Shown here piece by piece: positions 29,689 through 40,269 of a stretch of 64,000 nucleotides of DNA. Source of the DNA: Nitrospirota bacterium. GTDB lineage: Bacteria; Nitrospirota; UBA9217. How positions within the stretch are numbered: position 1 is the first letter of the stretch; every line of letters begins with the position of its first letter. A program made the position numbers and the translations under genes. The notes below the pieces were generated by a model. That model searched no databases, was not told where the DNA came from, and saw nothing but the letters and a program-made list of their open reading frames with translations. The DNA is taken from positions 1,056,001 to 1,120,000 of the forward strand of contig CAVTRN010000002.1 in NCBI GenBank assembly GCA_963737155.1, written 5' to 3'.

Positions 29689-30597
29689 GTGAGTCTTCTT
29701 GTTGTTGGTACCGTCGCTCTGGATTCGGTAAAAACCCCTTTTGGGAATGTTGACAGCGCTCTCGGCGGTTCAGCTACGTATTTTTCCACCTCAGCCAGTT
29801 ATTTCACGGATGTCAGGCTTGTTGCGGTCATCGGCGAAGACTTCCCACGTGAACACATTCAGTTTCTAAAAAGCAAGAGCATCGACACACGCGGCTTGGA
29901 GGTTCAGAAGGGAGAGACTTTCCGCTGGAAGGGTGAATATGGGTACGATCTGAATGAAGCCCACACCCTTGCGACGCACCTGAATGTCCTGGCAACATTT
30001 AAACCGACGATTGCAGACGACTACAAGAACTCTGATGTTGTGTTCCTGGCGAATGTGGATCCCGAAATTCAGCTTGATGTCCTAAGACAGGTCAAGAAAC
30101 CCAAACTCGTGGCCTGCGATACGATGAACTACTGGATTTCGAGCAAGCCCGATGCACTTAGACGGATCCTGCAAGAAGTTAACCTGCTGACTATCAACGA
30201 AGCGGAAATCAGACAACTTGCCGGCGAGGCAAGCCTCGTCAAAGCAGCAAAGTGCGTGCAGGCCATGGGTCCGAAAACGGTCGTGGTCAAACAGGGCAGC
30301 TATGGTGCGCTCATGTTCAACGGGCACAGCGTGTTCAGCGCGCCAGCCTACCCGCTCGAATCTGTTTTCGATCCCACTGGTGCCGGCGACACCTTCGCCG
30401 GCGGCTTCATGGGATACCTCGCAAGCACGATGAACTTCACTGAAGACAGCATGCGAAAAGCCGTCATCTTCGGCAGCGTAATGGCGTCATTGAATGTGGA
30501 AGCCTTCAGCCTGGATCGATTGCGAAGCCTCGATTACCAGGAAATCGAGGGCAGGTATCGTGAGTTCAAGAAACTCACTCATTTCGAAGATATCTGA
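29689..30597 (+). CDS. PfkB-family carbohydrate/nucleoside kinase
   Basis: LGGSATY, DPTGAGDTFAGG. Confidence 0.93.
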   Translation: MSLLVVGTVALDSVKTPFGNVDSALGGSATYFSTSASYFTDVRLVAVIGEDFPREHIQFLKSKSIDTRGLEVQKGETFRWKGEYGYDLNEAHTLATHLNVLATFKPTIADDYKNSDVVFLANVDPEIQLDVLRQVKKPKLVACDTMNYWISSKPDALRRILQEVNLLTINEAEIRQLAGEASLVKAAKCVQAMGPKTVVVKQGSYGALMFNGHSVFSAPAYPLESVFDPTGAGDTFAGGFMGYLASTMNFTEDSMRKAVIFGSVMASLNVEAFSLDRLRSLDYQEIEGRYREFKKLTHFEDI

Positions 30598-30694
30598 CAG
30601 AAAGTTCAATATTCACGGTTCAGGTTTTAATGAAAACATCAGGACCATGAATCGGGGTACCTTCCTCGAAAGTGTTTGCACTTTTACGTGAATC

Positions 30695-31765
30695 ATGTTT
30701 ATTATTGATCAAACCATCGAGAATTTAAAAATCGGGGAGAGGAACGTGATTAAGGTGTTCTTCTCGATGAACAACCATCAGGTCGCCACCCCGGAAATGA
30801 TGCTCGAGGAAACCCGCAGTTACATCGTATTCTTTCGCGAAGCAAAAGATAAAATATCCGCCTACATCGGGTTGCACCTGCTTCTAACGGACCGAAAGCT
30901 ATATTACGCCCATTCATCGAATCCCTTTCCGGGGGAAGAATTAGATGCTGTTCAAGAAGAGGCGATCAGCTTCGCCGAGGGACTTGGTGCTATGCTCGAT
31001 GAATTGGACTTTGCCCAACTGTCTCCCGGGGAAGCTAACCGCTGGATAGACAAACAGGATATTTTTAGAAGTATCCCGGAGCTTCGGAGCGCCGCTGAGA
31101 CTGAAACGCCTGAGGTGGCACAACCGCAACCGCCAGTCGGACAGCAGGAACCCTCGAGACCCGAACTGGTCCCGGTACAAGCAATACCATCACAGGCGCC
31201 CCTGCAGCCCCAGGAGCAACCCTTTCTGCCTGCGCCCATGCCCTCATCCTCGCAAGAGGTATCGCGGCAGGCGGATTCTAAACCGCACCCCCCCCATTTG
31301 CAGCAGGTTTCCGCATCGCAGCCTGCGCATGATGCGCCGCAGGTAGACTCGGTTCAACCGGCTCCACAGCAGATGTTGCCGCAGACTCCCGAGGTCGAGC
31401 ATCCGTTGCATGCGCAACCCGCAGCATCTTCACCGCGAAGTCAGGGATTGGCGGAAGAGGAATCAGGGGATAGGCAGCCGTATGAGCACGGTCCCGTGGT
31501 GCTGAAAAGGGAGAATCTGCACCCGCCGCAAAAGACAATGGATGCAGGTTTGCCAGGGACGCAAACCGAACCGCCCTTCCGGGCAGCGGTGCCGAAAACT
31601 CCCTTGTCCACCGAACGTAAAGGCATGCAGGAAATATTTCAGCAGGCAACATGTTCGGATTTTGTCAACGTACCGAAACAAACAGGGAAGAAAAAGTCCC
31701 AGCCTGCGGCCGGTTTCGCAAGCCGCGAACGCGAAGCGCTTGCTCGCTTGCTCACATCATTTTGA
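30695..31765 (+). CDS. Hypothetical protein with conserved-looking N-domain, Pro/Gln-rich linker and C-terminal REALARLLTSF
   Basis: Long ORF; architecture resembles the gene upstream of tgl in myxobacteria (recalled, not searched). Confidence 0.7.
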   Translation: MFIIDQTIENLKIGERNVIKVFFSMNNHQVATPEMMLEETRSYIVFFREAKDKISAYIGLHLLLTDRKLYYAHSSNPFPGEELDAVQEEAISFAEGLGAMLDELDFAQLSPGEANRWIDKQDIFRSIPELRSAAETETPEVAQPQPPVGQQEPSRPELVPVQAIPSQAPLQPQEQPFLPAPMPSSSQEVSRQADSKPHPPHLQQVSASQPAHDAPQVDSVQPAPQQMLPQTPEVEHPLHAQPAASSPRSQGLAEEESGDRQPYEHGPVVLKRENLHPPQKTMDAGLPGTQTEPPFRAAVPKTPLSTERKGMQEIFQQATCSDFVNVPKQTGKKKSQPAAGFASREREALARLLTSF

Positions 31766-31778
31766 AAGGAGTAAGGAT

Positions 31779-32522
31779 ATGAAGACCGTGATTCTGATTG
31801 TTCTTCTAGCGCTGGTGGGGTGTGTCACGACGGGAAGCAAAACCATAGGCAAATCCCAAATGGCGTCAGGTTATTTTGATAAAGGGCTCGCCTATTTCCA
31901 ACAGAAAAACCTCGAATTGGCCTCCGTGGAATTCAACCGCTCCATTCAGACCGACAGTTCCTTCAAGCTGTCCTACTATTATCTCGGTGTCATCAGCAAT
32001 ATGCGGGGTATGGACGACGATTCGATAAAGTATTATAAAAAAGCGATCAGCCTGGATGAAAATTTTTCCGAGGCTTACAACGCGGCCGGTGTCGTGTATG
32101 AAAAGCAGCAGAAATGGGACGATGCTATCAAGTACTTCCAAAAGGCACTGGAGAATAAGCTTTATACTACTCCCCATATCCCGTATCTGAACATGGGAGA
32201 CGTGTATATGGCTCAGAAGGATTATCCGAAAGCCGTTGAAGCCTACCGCAGCGCGAAGCAGTATGCCAATCAGGATTTCATTGTTCTTGAGCTTGCTTCC
32301 GCGCTGGCCGAGGAGGGAAAAACCAAGGAGGCAATCAGCGAGTATCAGGAAGGGGTGAGCATGGCGCCACAGAATGTCGACATGCGTTACGGCTTGGCAC
32401 TGGCGTATCTCAAAGATGGGAATAAAACGTCCGCTGTCCATGAATTCAAGAGAGTCACGGAACTTGCGCCTGAAAGCAACCTTGCTATAAAAGCAAATGA
32501 TTATCTTAAAACCCTGAGGTGA
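31779..32522 (+). CDS. TPR lipoprotein, PilF/PilW/Tgl-like pilotin
   Basis: Lipobox LVGC, multiple TPRs, ALENKLYTTPH motif. Confidence 0.78.
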   Translation: MKTVILIVLLALVGCVTTGSKTIGKSQMASGYFDKGLAYFQQKNLELASVEFNRSIQTDSSFKLSYYYLGVISNMRGMDDDSIKYYKKAISLDENFSEAYNAAGVVYEKQQKWDDAIKYFQKALENKLYTTPHIPYLNMGDVYMAQKDYPKAVEAYRSAKQYANQDFIVLELASALAEEGKTKEAISEYQEGVSMAPQNVDMRYGLALAYLKDGNKTSAVHEFKRVTELAPESNLAIKANDYLKTLR

Positions 32523-32532
32523 TAGGTGATGA

Positions 32533-33369
32533 ATGGGTACGGTAGGTAAATACCTGCAAGATGCGAGGGTTGCCCGCGGGATCGACTTGCGGGAGGCCGC
32601 GCAGCAGACGCGCATCAGTCCACGCTACCTGAAAGCTCTCGAAGCTGAGGATTTTTCCCAGCTTCCCGGGGAAGTATTCGTCAAGGGATTTCTAAAAAGC
32701 TACGGGAAGTTCTTGCAGCTTCCGGAGTCCGAGATTATGGAGCGGTATGCGCAGATTCAGCAAAAAAACACTTCCGCAGCCCCGCCGGCGCCCGCCGTGC
32801 CGGCGGCCACGACCGTAGCTGAGGTTCATCATGTTCCGTCGAAATTTCCTCTAGAGCCCATGCTGTGGGTTGCAGGCATCGTGGTTGTACTTGTCCTTTT
32901 TCTCTTTTCGGCGTTTCCGAGGCGGCAGCATGTAAAAGAGACGCAGGAGGGAAGTCTGACGTCGGCCGGGTCCGGCGAACTATCCTCCTTTCCAGTCCCG
33001 ACGGCTATGCCAGAAAAGCTTTACCTTAAGGTTGTTGCTCTCGAGGACACCTGGCTTCTGATCCGGACTGATACGAGTCCTGAGAAAAAAGCGATGCTGA
33101 TCAAGGGCGAGAGCCTTATCTGGAGCGCTGATGAAAGGTTCCTGCTGAGTTATGGCAGCGCGGGCGCTCTGAAACTTGTGCTGAATGGGAAAGAGTTGAC
33201 GGTCGACGAGCCGAAGAACGCGGAGATCAGGGATCTGACCATTATTTCTTCGGGAGTCGTAAACCGGAAAATAAAGGTAAGAAATTCCGCTGTATCAAAA
33301 CCGAAGTTAAAGCCGGACTCAAATTTACAACCATCTCAATCCACATCAGCGCCCGTCCGCGTGCGGTAG
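32533..33369 (+). CDS. RodZ-like protein (HTH, TM, DUF4115)
   Basis: YLKALEAEDFSQLPGEVFVKGFLKSY, TM helix, GSAGALKLVLNG. Confidence 0.85.
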   Translation: MGTVGKYLQDARVARGIDLREAAQQTRISPRYLKALEAEDFSQLPGEVFVKGFLKSYGKFLQLPESEIMERYAQIQQKNTSAAPPAPAVPAATTVAEVHHVPSKFPLEPMLWVAGIVVVLVLFLFSAFPRRQHVKETQEGSLTSAGSGELSSFPVPTAMPEKLYLKVVALEDTWLLIRTDTSPEKKAMLIKGESLIWSADERFLLSYGSAGALKLVLNGKELTVDEPKNAEIRDLTIISSGVVNRKIKVRNSAVSKPKLKPDSNLQPSQSTSAPVRVR

Positions 33370-33737
33370 CCACAGCTGGCTTCTGCTCAACGAAAACACC
33401 GGCGCAAATGCCCCCGAAACCGGTTCAGTAGCCCCCCCGACGAAACAGCCTGCGAATCCAGATATCTATTGGCGGTGTTTTATACCGCACCAATTTATTC
33501 AGGTCTTCTCCCCGCGCTTTTCGATCCCCTCAATGCCGATGCCAGTTTCTCCCCCTGGGCGAGTTCATAGCTGTTGAGCTTGATGTGTCATTCTTCCGCC
33601 ATCTTTTCGAACCGCTTTCCATATGGTTATTTGTCGACGTTCCTAACCGAATATTCCCCCGATTTTGTCCATCACCCGAAAGAAACCCAGGCTACCGTAC
33701 GGGTATCAGGAGGTCGTCGGGGAACCCAATATGTTGT

Positions 33738-34175
33738 CTATACCATTCCTGTCGACTCCATTCGATCTACATGCGTACCTTTCCAGTATATCTTGCTGCA
33801 AGACCCGCAACGGAGAAAATAATCGTTTGCTTCATAAACATAAACCGGCACGAGATCCCGGGCTTCATCTTTGTCGATGGGTTTAAGAGTCTCGTTACAA
33901 TCTGAACAGCGAGTGAGGGGCGTTGCTCCGACCGGGCAGGCTGCAAGAACCTGGGCGACCTGTTCCTCGACCTGAACACTTGCGATCAGGAGGTGGTTTT
34001 CTGCAAGAGGTCGGCAAGCGAGACCGTGATCACGGGTAAGGATAATGCGGTTCTGCTCCAGCGATATGCGGATTATCTCGTTGTCGTCGAAACCGTTGTT
34101 ATAGAGGACATCGAATCCTCGCAGCCGCAATCGCTTCGTGAGCCTTCCGAGCATGACATCAGCAATGAATCTCAT
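33738..34175 (-). CDS. Mut7-C RNase domain protein
   Basis: FIADVMLGRL, ILTRD, RCSDCN, CGSCSKIYWKGTH. Confidence 0.92.
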   Translation of the reverse strand: MRFIADVMLGRLTKRLRLRGFDVLYNNGFDDNEIIRISLEQNRIILTRDHGLACRPLAENHLLIASVQVEEQVAQVLAACPVGATPLTRCSDCNETLKPIDKDEARDLVPVYVYEANDYFLRCGSCSKIYWKGTHVDRMESTGMV

Positions 34176-34284
34176 AAAAGCATTAGATAGGAGACTATAG
34201 GCATTAGTGAGAGACGAGCGACGAAGAAAAAGAAGCAAGCCCCTATATTTTGTTTCTGCCTGTTGTCGGCTTGATATCTCTTGA

Positions 34285-36720
34285 CTAACTGAACCTTCTC
34301 AGCCTTAAAGAGTTTGACACCACGCTCACAGAGCTGAAGGCCATGGCAGCCGATGCGATCATGGGGTTCAGCAGTATTGAGAATACGGGGTACAGTCCAC
34401 CCGCCGCTACGGGGATGCCGATGATGTTATAGAAAAAAGCCCAGAACAGGTTCATCTTGATCGTTTTCATGGTCCGGCGCGAAAGCCTCACTGCTGTAGC
34501 TACAATGCGCAGATCGTCTTTGATCAGCGTGACATCGGAAGCTTCGATTGCCACGTCTGTGCCTGTGCCGATGGCAATGCCCACATTTGCCTGAGCAAGG
34601 GCCGGCGCATCATTAATGCCGTCACCGACCATGGCCACGATGCGTCCTTCTTCCTGGAGTGTTTTAACCATTTCCATCTTGTCATGGGGGAGGACTTCAG
34701 CAAACACACGCGATATGCCCAACTCATTGGCAATGGCCTGGGCTGTGCGACGGTTGTCGCCCGTCAGCATAACAACTTCAAGGCCGAGGTCCTGGAGTTC
34801 CCTAACTGCCTCCTTCGAATGCTCCTTAAGGGTGTCCGCGACGGCGATGATTCCAGCTGCTTTGTTGTCGACCGCAACGAGCATGGGAGTTTCCCCGCGG
34901 CTTGACAGCTTTTCAGACTCGGCCTGGAACGATGCGAAATCGATTTTGCTGTCCGCCATCAGACGCTTGTTGCCAAGCAATATGGTCTTTCCCCGAAGCA
35001 CGGCTTTGACACCATGGCCGGGAAGCGCTTCGAATTCATCGGCCTGTTCGAGGCCTACGTTTATCTCACGGGCTTTCTGCACTATCGCTTCGCCGAGAGG
35101 ATGCTCCGAACCTTTTTCCGCGGAGCCTGCATAAAAGAGGATTTCCCGCTCGCTCATGCCATCTCTGATAATCTCCGTGACTTTGGGCTTTCCACGCGTG
35201 AGTGTCCCGGTCTTGTCGAGAACGATCGTATTGATCTTCTGTGCCCGTTCCAGACTCTCGGCATTTTTAAAAAGAATACCTTTTTCTGCGCCTTTCCCCG
35301 TTCCTACCATGATCGCCGTAGGCGTGGCCAGCCCCATGGCGCACGGACAGGCGATGATGAGGACGGCGATAAAGTTCAGCAGTGCGAAAGTGAATCGCGT
35401 TTCCGCAGGTCCGAAAATATACCAGACCGCGAACGTGACGAGTGCAATGCTGATCACGGAAGGCACGAAAATACCGGAGATGTAATCGGCAAGTCGCTGG
35501 ATCGGCGCCTTGGAGCCCTGAGCCTCCTGAACCATGCGGATGATTTGGGACAGCATGGTTTCCTTGCCGACCTTGGTTGCCTCGAACGTGAAGGTCCCGA
35601 TCTTGTTGATCGTGGCGCCTATAACCTGATCGCCGGTCTTCTTGTCCACGGGCAGACTTTCTCCAGTAAGCATAGATTCATCGATTGAGGAGTATCCGTC
35701 CCGGATTACGCCGTCAACGGGTACCTTCTCCCCGGGACGCACGATGACGAGATCACCCGATTCGACGTCTTCAATAAGGATGTCCTGCTCCACACCCTCG
35801 CGAACAACTCGGGCCGTTCGCGGCCGTAGGCCGACGAGCTTTTTGATGGCCTCGCCCGCTCGGGTCTTGGCGCGCGCTTCTAAATACTTGCCGAAGAGGA
35901 CCAAAGTGATGATCATGGTCGCCGTGTCATAGTATGTGCCGCCATGGTTCCCATAGTGTCCTAACGCCGACGGAAAAAAGGTGAGCACAACACTGTAACC
36001 GTAGGCCGCGGACGTGCCGACAACGACCAGCGTGTTCATGTTCGTACTGCCGTGTTTGATCGAGGCCCAGGCATTCTGGTAAAAATGGCGGCCTACCCAG
36101 AACTGGACCGGTGTTGCCAGGAGAAACAGGATGAACCACATGGTCCGAGGAGGGACGACGTCAGTGATGGGGAGCATGTCCTGGAAACTGCCGATCATCA
36201 CCAACACGGAAAGGATGGCGCTCATGATGAGCTTGGTGCGGAGGTCCGAAAGTTCCTTCATCCGCGCTTCTTTTTCTATATCGAGAGCTGACCGGCCTTC
36301 CGCCTGCTGCGGAAGGCGGAAACCGGCTTTTTCAATGGTTCTTCGGATATCGCGTAAGCCGACCTGGCCGGGAACATATGCCAGCTCGATGGTTCCAGCT
36401 GTGCCATTTACAGCAGTTTTCAGCACGCCATCCATGGACGTTATGACCCGTTCGAGTTCACGTACCCGCGATACGTCAAGATCTATGACCGGAAGGACGA
36501 TTGTTTCCGTTACAGCCTGATAGCCGAGTTCATTGATGCTGGAAATGAATTTGTCCAGTTCCACAACCGCGGGATCAAATTCAACAACGGCTTTTTCATT
36601 AGCGTAATTGACGTTGGCGGCTTTTACTCCAGCCAGCTTTGAGAGGTCCTTCTGGATGGCAGCGGCACAGTTTACGCAGGTCATGCCTTTGACCGGAATA
36701 ACGGCTTTCTTAGTCACCAT
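34285..36720 (-). CDS. copA: Copper-translocating P1B-type ATPase
   Basis: [34 protein letters not shown]...P and MxxSS motifs. Confidence 0.95.
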   Translation of the reverse strand: MVTKKAVIPVKGMTCVNCAAAIQKDLSKLAGVKAANVNYANEKAVVEFDPAVVELDKFISSINELGYQAVTETIVLPVIDLDVSRVRELERVITSMDGVLKTAVNGTAGTIELAYVPGQVGLRDIRRTIEKAGFRLPQQAEGRSALDIEKEARMKELSDLRTKLIMSAILSVLVMIGSFQDMLPITDVVPPRTMWFILFLLATPVQFWVGRHFYQNAWASIKHGSTNMNTLVVVGTSAAYGYSVVLTFFPSALGHYGNHGGTYYDTATMIITLVLFGKYLEARAKTRAGEAIKKLVGLRPRTARVVREGVEQDILIEDVESGDLVIVRPGEKVPVDGVIRDGYSSIDESMLTGESLPVDKKTGDQVIGATINKIGTFTFEATKVGKETMLSQIIRMVQEAQGSKAPIQRLADYISGIFVPSVISIALVTFAVWYIFGPAETRFTFALLNFIAVLIIACPCAMGLATPTAIMVGTGKGAEKGILFKNAESLERAQKINTIVLDKTGTLTRGKPKVTEIIRDGMSEREILFYAGSAEKGSEHPLGEAIVQKAREINVGLEQADEFEALPGHGVKAVLRGKTILLGNKRLMADSKIDFASFQAESEKLSSRGETPMLVAVDNKAAGIIAVADTLKEHSKEAVRELQDLGLEVVMLTGDNRRTAQAIANELGISRVFAEVLPHDKMEMVKTLQEEGRIVAMVGDGINDAPALAQANVGIAIGTGTDVAIEASDVTLIKDDLRIVATAVRLSRRTMKTIKMNLFWAFFYNIIGIPVAAGGLYPVFSILLNPMIASAAMAFSSVSVVSNSLRLRRFS

Positions 36721-37094
36721 GAAATCATTTTACCACAAAGGGTGACAGGGACAAAGCGATACAAGTATCAGGAAGAAGCGAAACCATGATCTCGCAGACC
36801 GCTGATGAGTTTTTTTCTCACCCGCGTTGAAAACCCCTGATCTTCAGGGTGGAAACATAAAGCGCTGGTTGCGAAGCAACCGGGTAAGCATTTTTTTGAG
36901 AAAAGTGTCCCAATATTCACTTTTCTGACGCCATTGAAGATGGTTAAGATATTTAGCATATACGATTTTAGCTATAATATTATGCAAATGCTATTATTTA
37001 AAATTTTAATTGAGTATTTTGTAAACTTGTGGTATTGTAAGCGCCACACGCTTAAGAAAGCGTATTTCAAATTCAATAAGGAGGGTTATAACAC

Positions 37095-37388
37095 ATGAAG
37101 AGGTTTTCAGCAATTATGGTGGTAGTGGTTCTGGCAGTATCCATGGCATCATTGGCTTTCGCTGCAGAGTCGAAGATGGGCACAATTAAGAGCGTTAACG
37201 CCGCGGCTGGCACGGTCGTTTTTTGCCCAGAGGGATCAACCCAGGATATTACACTTAAGGCTGACAAGTCCGTTGATCTCAGCCAAGTGAAGGCCGGCGA
37301 GAAGGTTAACGCGACCATCAATAAAAACATGCTCGAAAATGTCATGGCTGCTCCCGCGGGAGCTCCCAAAGCTTCAGTGGGTTGCTAA
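37095..37388 (+). CDS. Small secreted beta-rich protein ending in Gly-Cys
   Basis: Strong SD, signal peptide (…AFA/AE), VKAGEKV motif, C-terminal VGC, followed by terminator. Confidence 0.8.
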   Translation: MKRFSAIMVVVVLAVSMASLAFAAESKMGTIKSVNAAAGTVVFCPEGSTQDITLKADKSVDLSQVKAGEKVNATINKNMLENVMAAPAGAPKASVGC

Positions 37389-37408
37389 TCTCTGCATTTA
37401 TCCAGTCA

Positions 37409-37440
37409 GGGAGTCCCCGGATAGGGAGACTCCCTTTTTT
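37409..37440 (+). terminator. Rho-independent terminator
   Basis: GGGAGTC-CCC...GGGA-GACTCCC followed by T6. Confidence 0.85.
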
Positions 37441-37664
37441 ATTGCGTTTAGTCATCTTACCAAATGAGAACACATCTTCTTCGAAGGCTCATCTAGGGAG
37501 AGCTGGCGCCAAGGTAAAAGTCGATTCAAAAGGGAATGTAGGAAAACAGCGATTTTGCCCCGTCGCAAAAATTCTTGATTTGTAGGGACGTTTGTTTTAT
37601 TATTGTGCGGCAAATTGATTGTGCGGTTTGAAGAAAAAAAATACGGATATTCGGGGAGGAAGTA

Positions 37665-37892
37665 GTGATTAAAGTGAACCAGGAAGAACTCAAACAAAAA
37701 ATCGAAAAACTGAAAAAGGTGGCTGTCGAAAAAGCGGCAAAGTCCGTAGGCAAGAAATCGGATCCCGAGGCTCGAAAAGCACTGAAACAGGTAAAGCGAG
37801 CTCAGCGGAAACTGCGCGTTGCAAAGACCTATAAGCAAGCCGAAAAGAAGGCGGCCGAGGGGCAAGCTGCAGGTGAGAAGGCTTCAGCATAA
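37665..37892 (+). CDS. Small Lys/Ala-rich basic hypothetical protein
   Basis: GGGGAGG SD, GTG start, predicted helical, highly basic. Confidence 0.7.
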   Translation: MIKVNQEELKQKIEKLKKVAVEKAAKSVGKKSDPEARKALKQVKRAQRKLRVAKTYKQAEKKAAEGQAAGEKASA

Positions 37893-38294
37893 GCGGAAGG
37901 CAATGTGAAGTTCCCAGGTTTTTGTCATAGTATAAAGCTTGTTTTTTAAAGAGTAATTGCGGTCTGTGCACTCGGGATAACTGCTATTTCAGCCACGGTC
38001 GGCGTATGATTGCAAGAAGTCTCAGGGCCACCAATCCGGACAACAACGCAAAGAAGACAAAGTTAAGCCTGGAACAAAACAGTGGGAATTTTCCGTAAAC
38101 TGTCTTGTGCTAAAGCAGAATTGACAGCGCTTCAAAGTACTCTTGCAGAGGTCAGAAATTGTGTCAGCAATTCGGAAGAGCAGGCGAAACGGGGTACGGG
38201 CAAATTGATATTGGAAGGGCTGGAACCGCTTGTGATGAGGAAAGATCAAATATCGCGGACAGGGACGGCTGACAAAAATATATTGGCAAGGTCT

Positions 38295-39794
38295 ATGAAA
38301 ATTACTGTTGCTAGAGGCAGGATAGAAACATACAAAACCAGTGGCGCCGTACTGATGCTGTTTGATGAGGAGAAGCCCGGCAAGACGGCGGAGCGGGTAG
38401 ACAAAGCGTTGGGTGGAATGGTCAGCCGCCTCATGAAGCGCGGTGATTTCAAAGCGAGCCCCGGCGCGGTCCATCTCCTCTATCCTGCGGGACATATTCC
38501 CGCGGAGAGGTTGCTTCTTGCGGGGCTTGGCAAACGCGGCGACTTCACGCTGAACCGTCTTCGTCAAGCCTTGGGCAAAGCCGCTCCGGCATTGAGAGCG
38601 GTCGGAGCAAGGGATTTCGCCATTGCAGTGGACGAGCTTGGCCAAAACAGCGAGGAAATTGGCCAGGCAGTGGCTGAGGGCAGCCTGCTCGGCCTCTACC
38701 TTTTTTTGAAATATAAGACAACCGATGAGGGCAGCCGCACGAAGTCTATTCAAAAGATATCAGTGCTGACCGAAATGGGGTCCGCGGTCAAGGCCCTGCA
38801 GAAGGGTGTGAAGACCGGCGAAGTAATCGCGGAGTCCACGTCCATGGTTCGCGATATGGTAAACACCCCGGCATTAGACATGACGCCGACAGTTGTTGCC
38901 GCGAAAGCGCGTGAGATAGCACGGCAGTTCGGACTTAAGATCCAGGTACTCGAAAGACGGCAGATGGAAAAGCTTGGCATGGGTGCGCTTCTTGGTGTCG
39001 CCTTAGGTAGTGTCCAGCCGCCGAAGTTCATCATTGTCGAATACCGGAGAGGCGGCAGCAAGCCGGTCATCGCCTTGGTGGGTAAGACTATCACATTCGA
39101 TTCCGGTGGCATTTCCATCAAACCGGCCGAGAACATGGATAAGATGAAGGATGACATGTCCGGCGGAGCGGCGGTGCTCGGCGCGATCCGCACTGCTGCG
39201 GCGCTTAGGCTGCCGCTCAATATCGTGGCTCTGCTCCCATCAACGGAAAACATGCCGAGCGGTAGCGCGCTTAAGCCCGGTGATGTTCTTAGGACGTTGT
39301 CCGGACAGACCATCGAGATCATCAATACCGACGCCGAGGGCAGGCTCATTCTATCCGATGCCCTTGCTTATGCCTGCCGATACAAACCCGCGGTGATTGT
39401 GGATATCGCTACGCTTACAGGTGCATGTTCCATCGCTCTGGGGCAGGAAGCTGTGGGTATGCTTGGCACCGACGAAACGTATAAACAGATAATTCGCGAA
39501 GCCGGTCTTAAGACAGGTGAACGGGTTTGGGAGTTACCTCTCTGGGAAGAGTACTATGAGTTGATCAAGAGCGACATAGCGGACATGAAGAACGCCGGCG
39601 GAAGGGCAGGCGGAGTGATTACGGCAGCGGCGCTCTTGTCGAAGTTTGTGAAAAAATATCCATGGGTCCATCTCGATATCGCGGCGATGGCCTGGAGTGA
39701 GAAAGACAAGCCTTTTACGCCGAAAGGCGCCACTGGTGTTGGAATGAGGCTCCTGACGCAGTTCCTCCGTGATTACGCGGCGAAAGCCAAGTGA
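38295..39794 (+). CDS. pepA: Leucyl aminopeptidase (M17)
   Basis: GKTITFDSGG, MKDDMSG, NTDAEGRL, ATLTGA. Confidence 0.96.
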   Translation: MKITVARGRIETYKTSGAVLMLFDEEKPGKTAERVDKALGGMVSRLMKRGDFKASPGAVHLLYPAGHIPAERLLLAGLGKRGDFTLNRLRQALGKAAPALRAVGARDFAIAVDELGQNSEEIGQAVAEGSLLGLYLFLKYKTTDEGSRTKSIQKISVLTEMGSAVKALQKGVKTGEVIAESTSMVRDMVNTPALDMTPTVVAAKAREIARQFGLKIQVLERRQMEKLGMGALLGVALGSVQPPKFIIVEYRRGGSKPVIALVGKTITFDSGGISIKPAENMDKMKDDMSGGAAVLGAIRTAAALRLPLNIVALLPSTENMPSGSALKPGDVLRTLSGQTIEIINTDAEGRLILSDALAYACRYKPAVIVDIATLTGACSIALGQEAVGMLGTDETYKQIIREAGLKTGERVWELPLWEEYYELIKSDIADMKNAGGRAGGVITAAALLSKFVKKYPWVHLDIAAMAWSEKDKPFTPKGATGVGMRLLTQFLRDYAAKAK

Positions 39795-40211
39795 CAAGTA
39801 ACTGGTACGTGATAAACACTTCTCAATATTCGAATATATTTTGAAGCTTGTTTGAGATTTAAAATTTTTATCCTCCATGGATATACACCAGATTGAGATA
39901 TTTTACACGCTTGTCAAGTTTTGCGGTTTTTCCAAGGTAGCGGAAAACTTCTTCTCCCCAACCCGCAGCAAGCGAGCATATCAAGAAACTGGAACATGAT
40001 TGTCTGCTAAACTCATGGATCGGCTCGGATAGTAGGCTGTGCCTACCGCGGCGGGGGCAATTCTCGTCCGCCATCATCCTTCGCAAGAGAGTAGACTGTT
40101 CCCCTCTGTGTCAGCCCGTTATTGAGTTGATCCTGAAAGAAAAATGAGCACCTTCTGAATATCAAGCCGGCAACAAACAGGGAATATCCTCTGGCCTCTT
40201 CCACAAATCCC

Positions 40212-40240
40212 TTGACTCTTTGACGCGGCGCTTCTAAAAT
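40212..40240 (+). promoter_or_regulatory. Sigma70-like promoter
   Basis: TTGACT-N17-TAAAAT upstream of the kinase-like gene and uvrB. Confidence 0.6.
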
Positions 40241-40269
40241 AATGGAACTTTCTTTGCACTCGGCCCTGG

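Noticed and set aside
31080-31460. Pro/Gln-rich quasi-repeats considered as a tandem repeat or CRISPR
   Set aside because: Low-complexity coding linker with no fixed-length nucleotide repeat.
38082-38294. 71-aa N-terminal extension of PepA in the ORF track
   Set aside because: M17 similarity begins at MKITV (38295); the extension is likely not translated.
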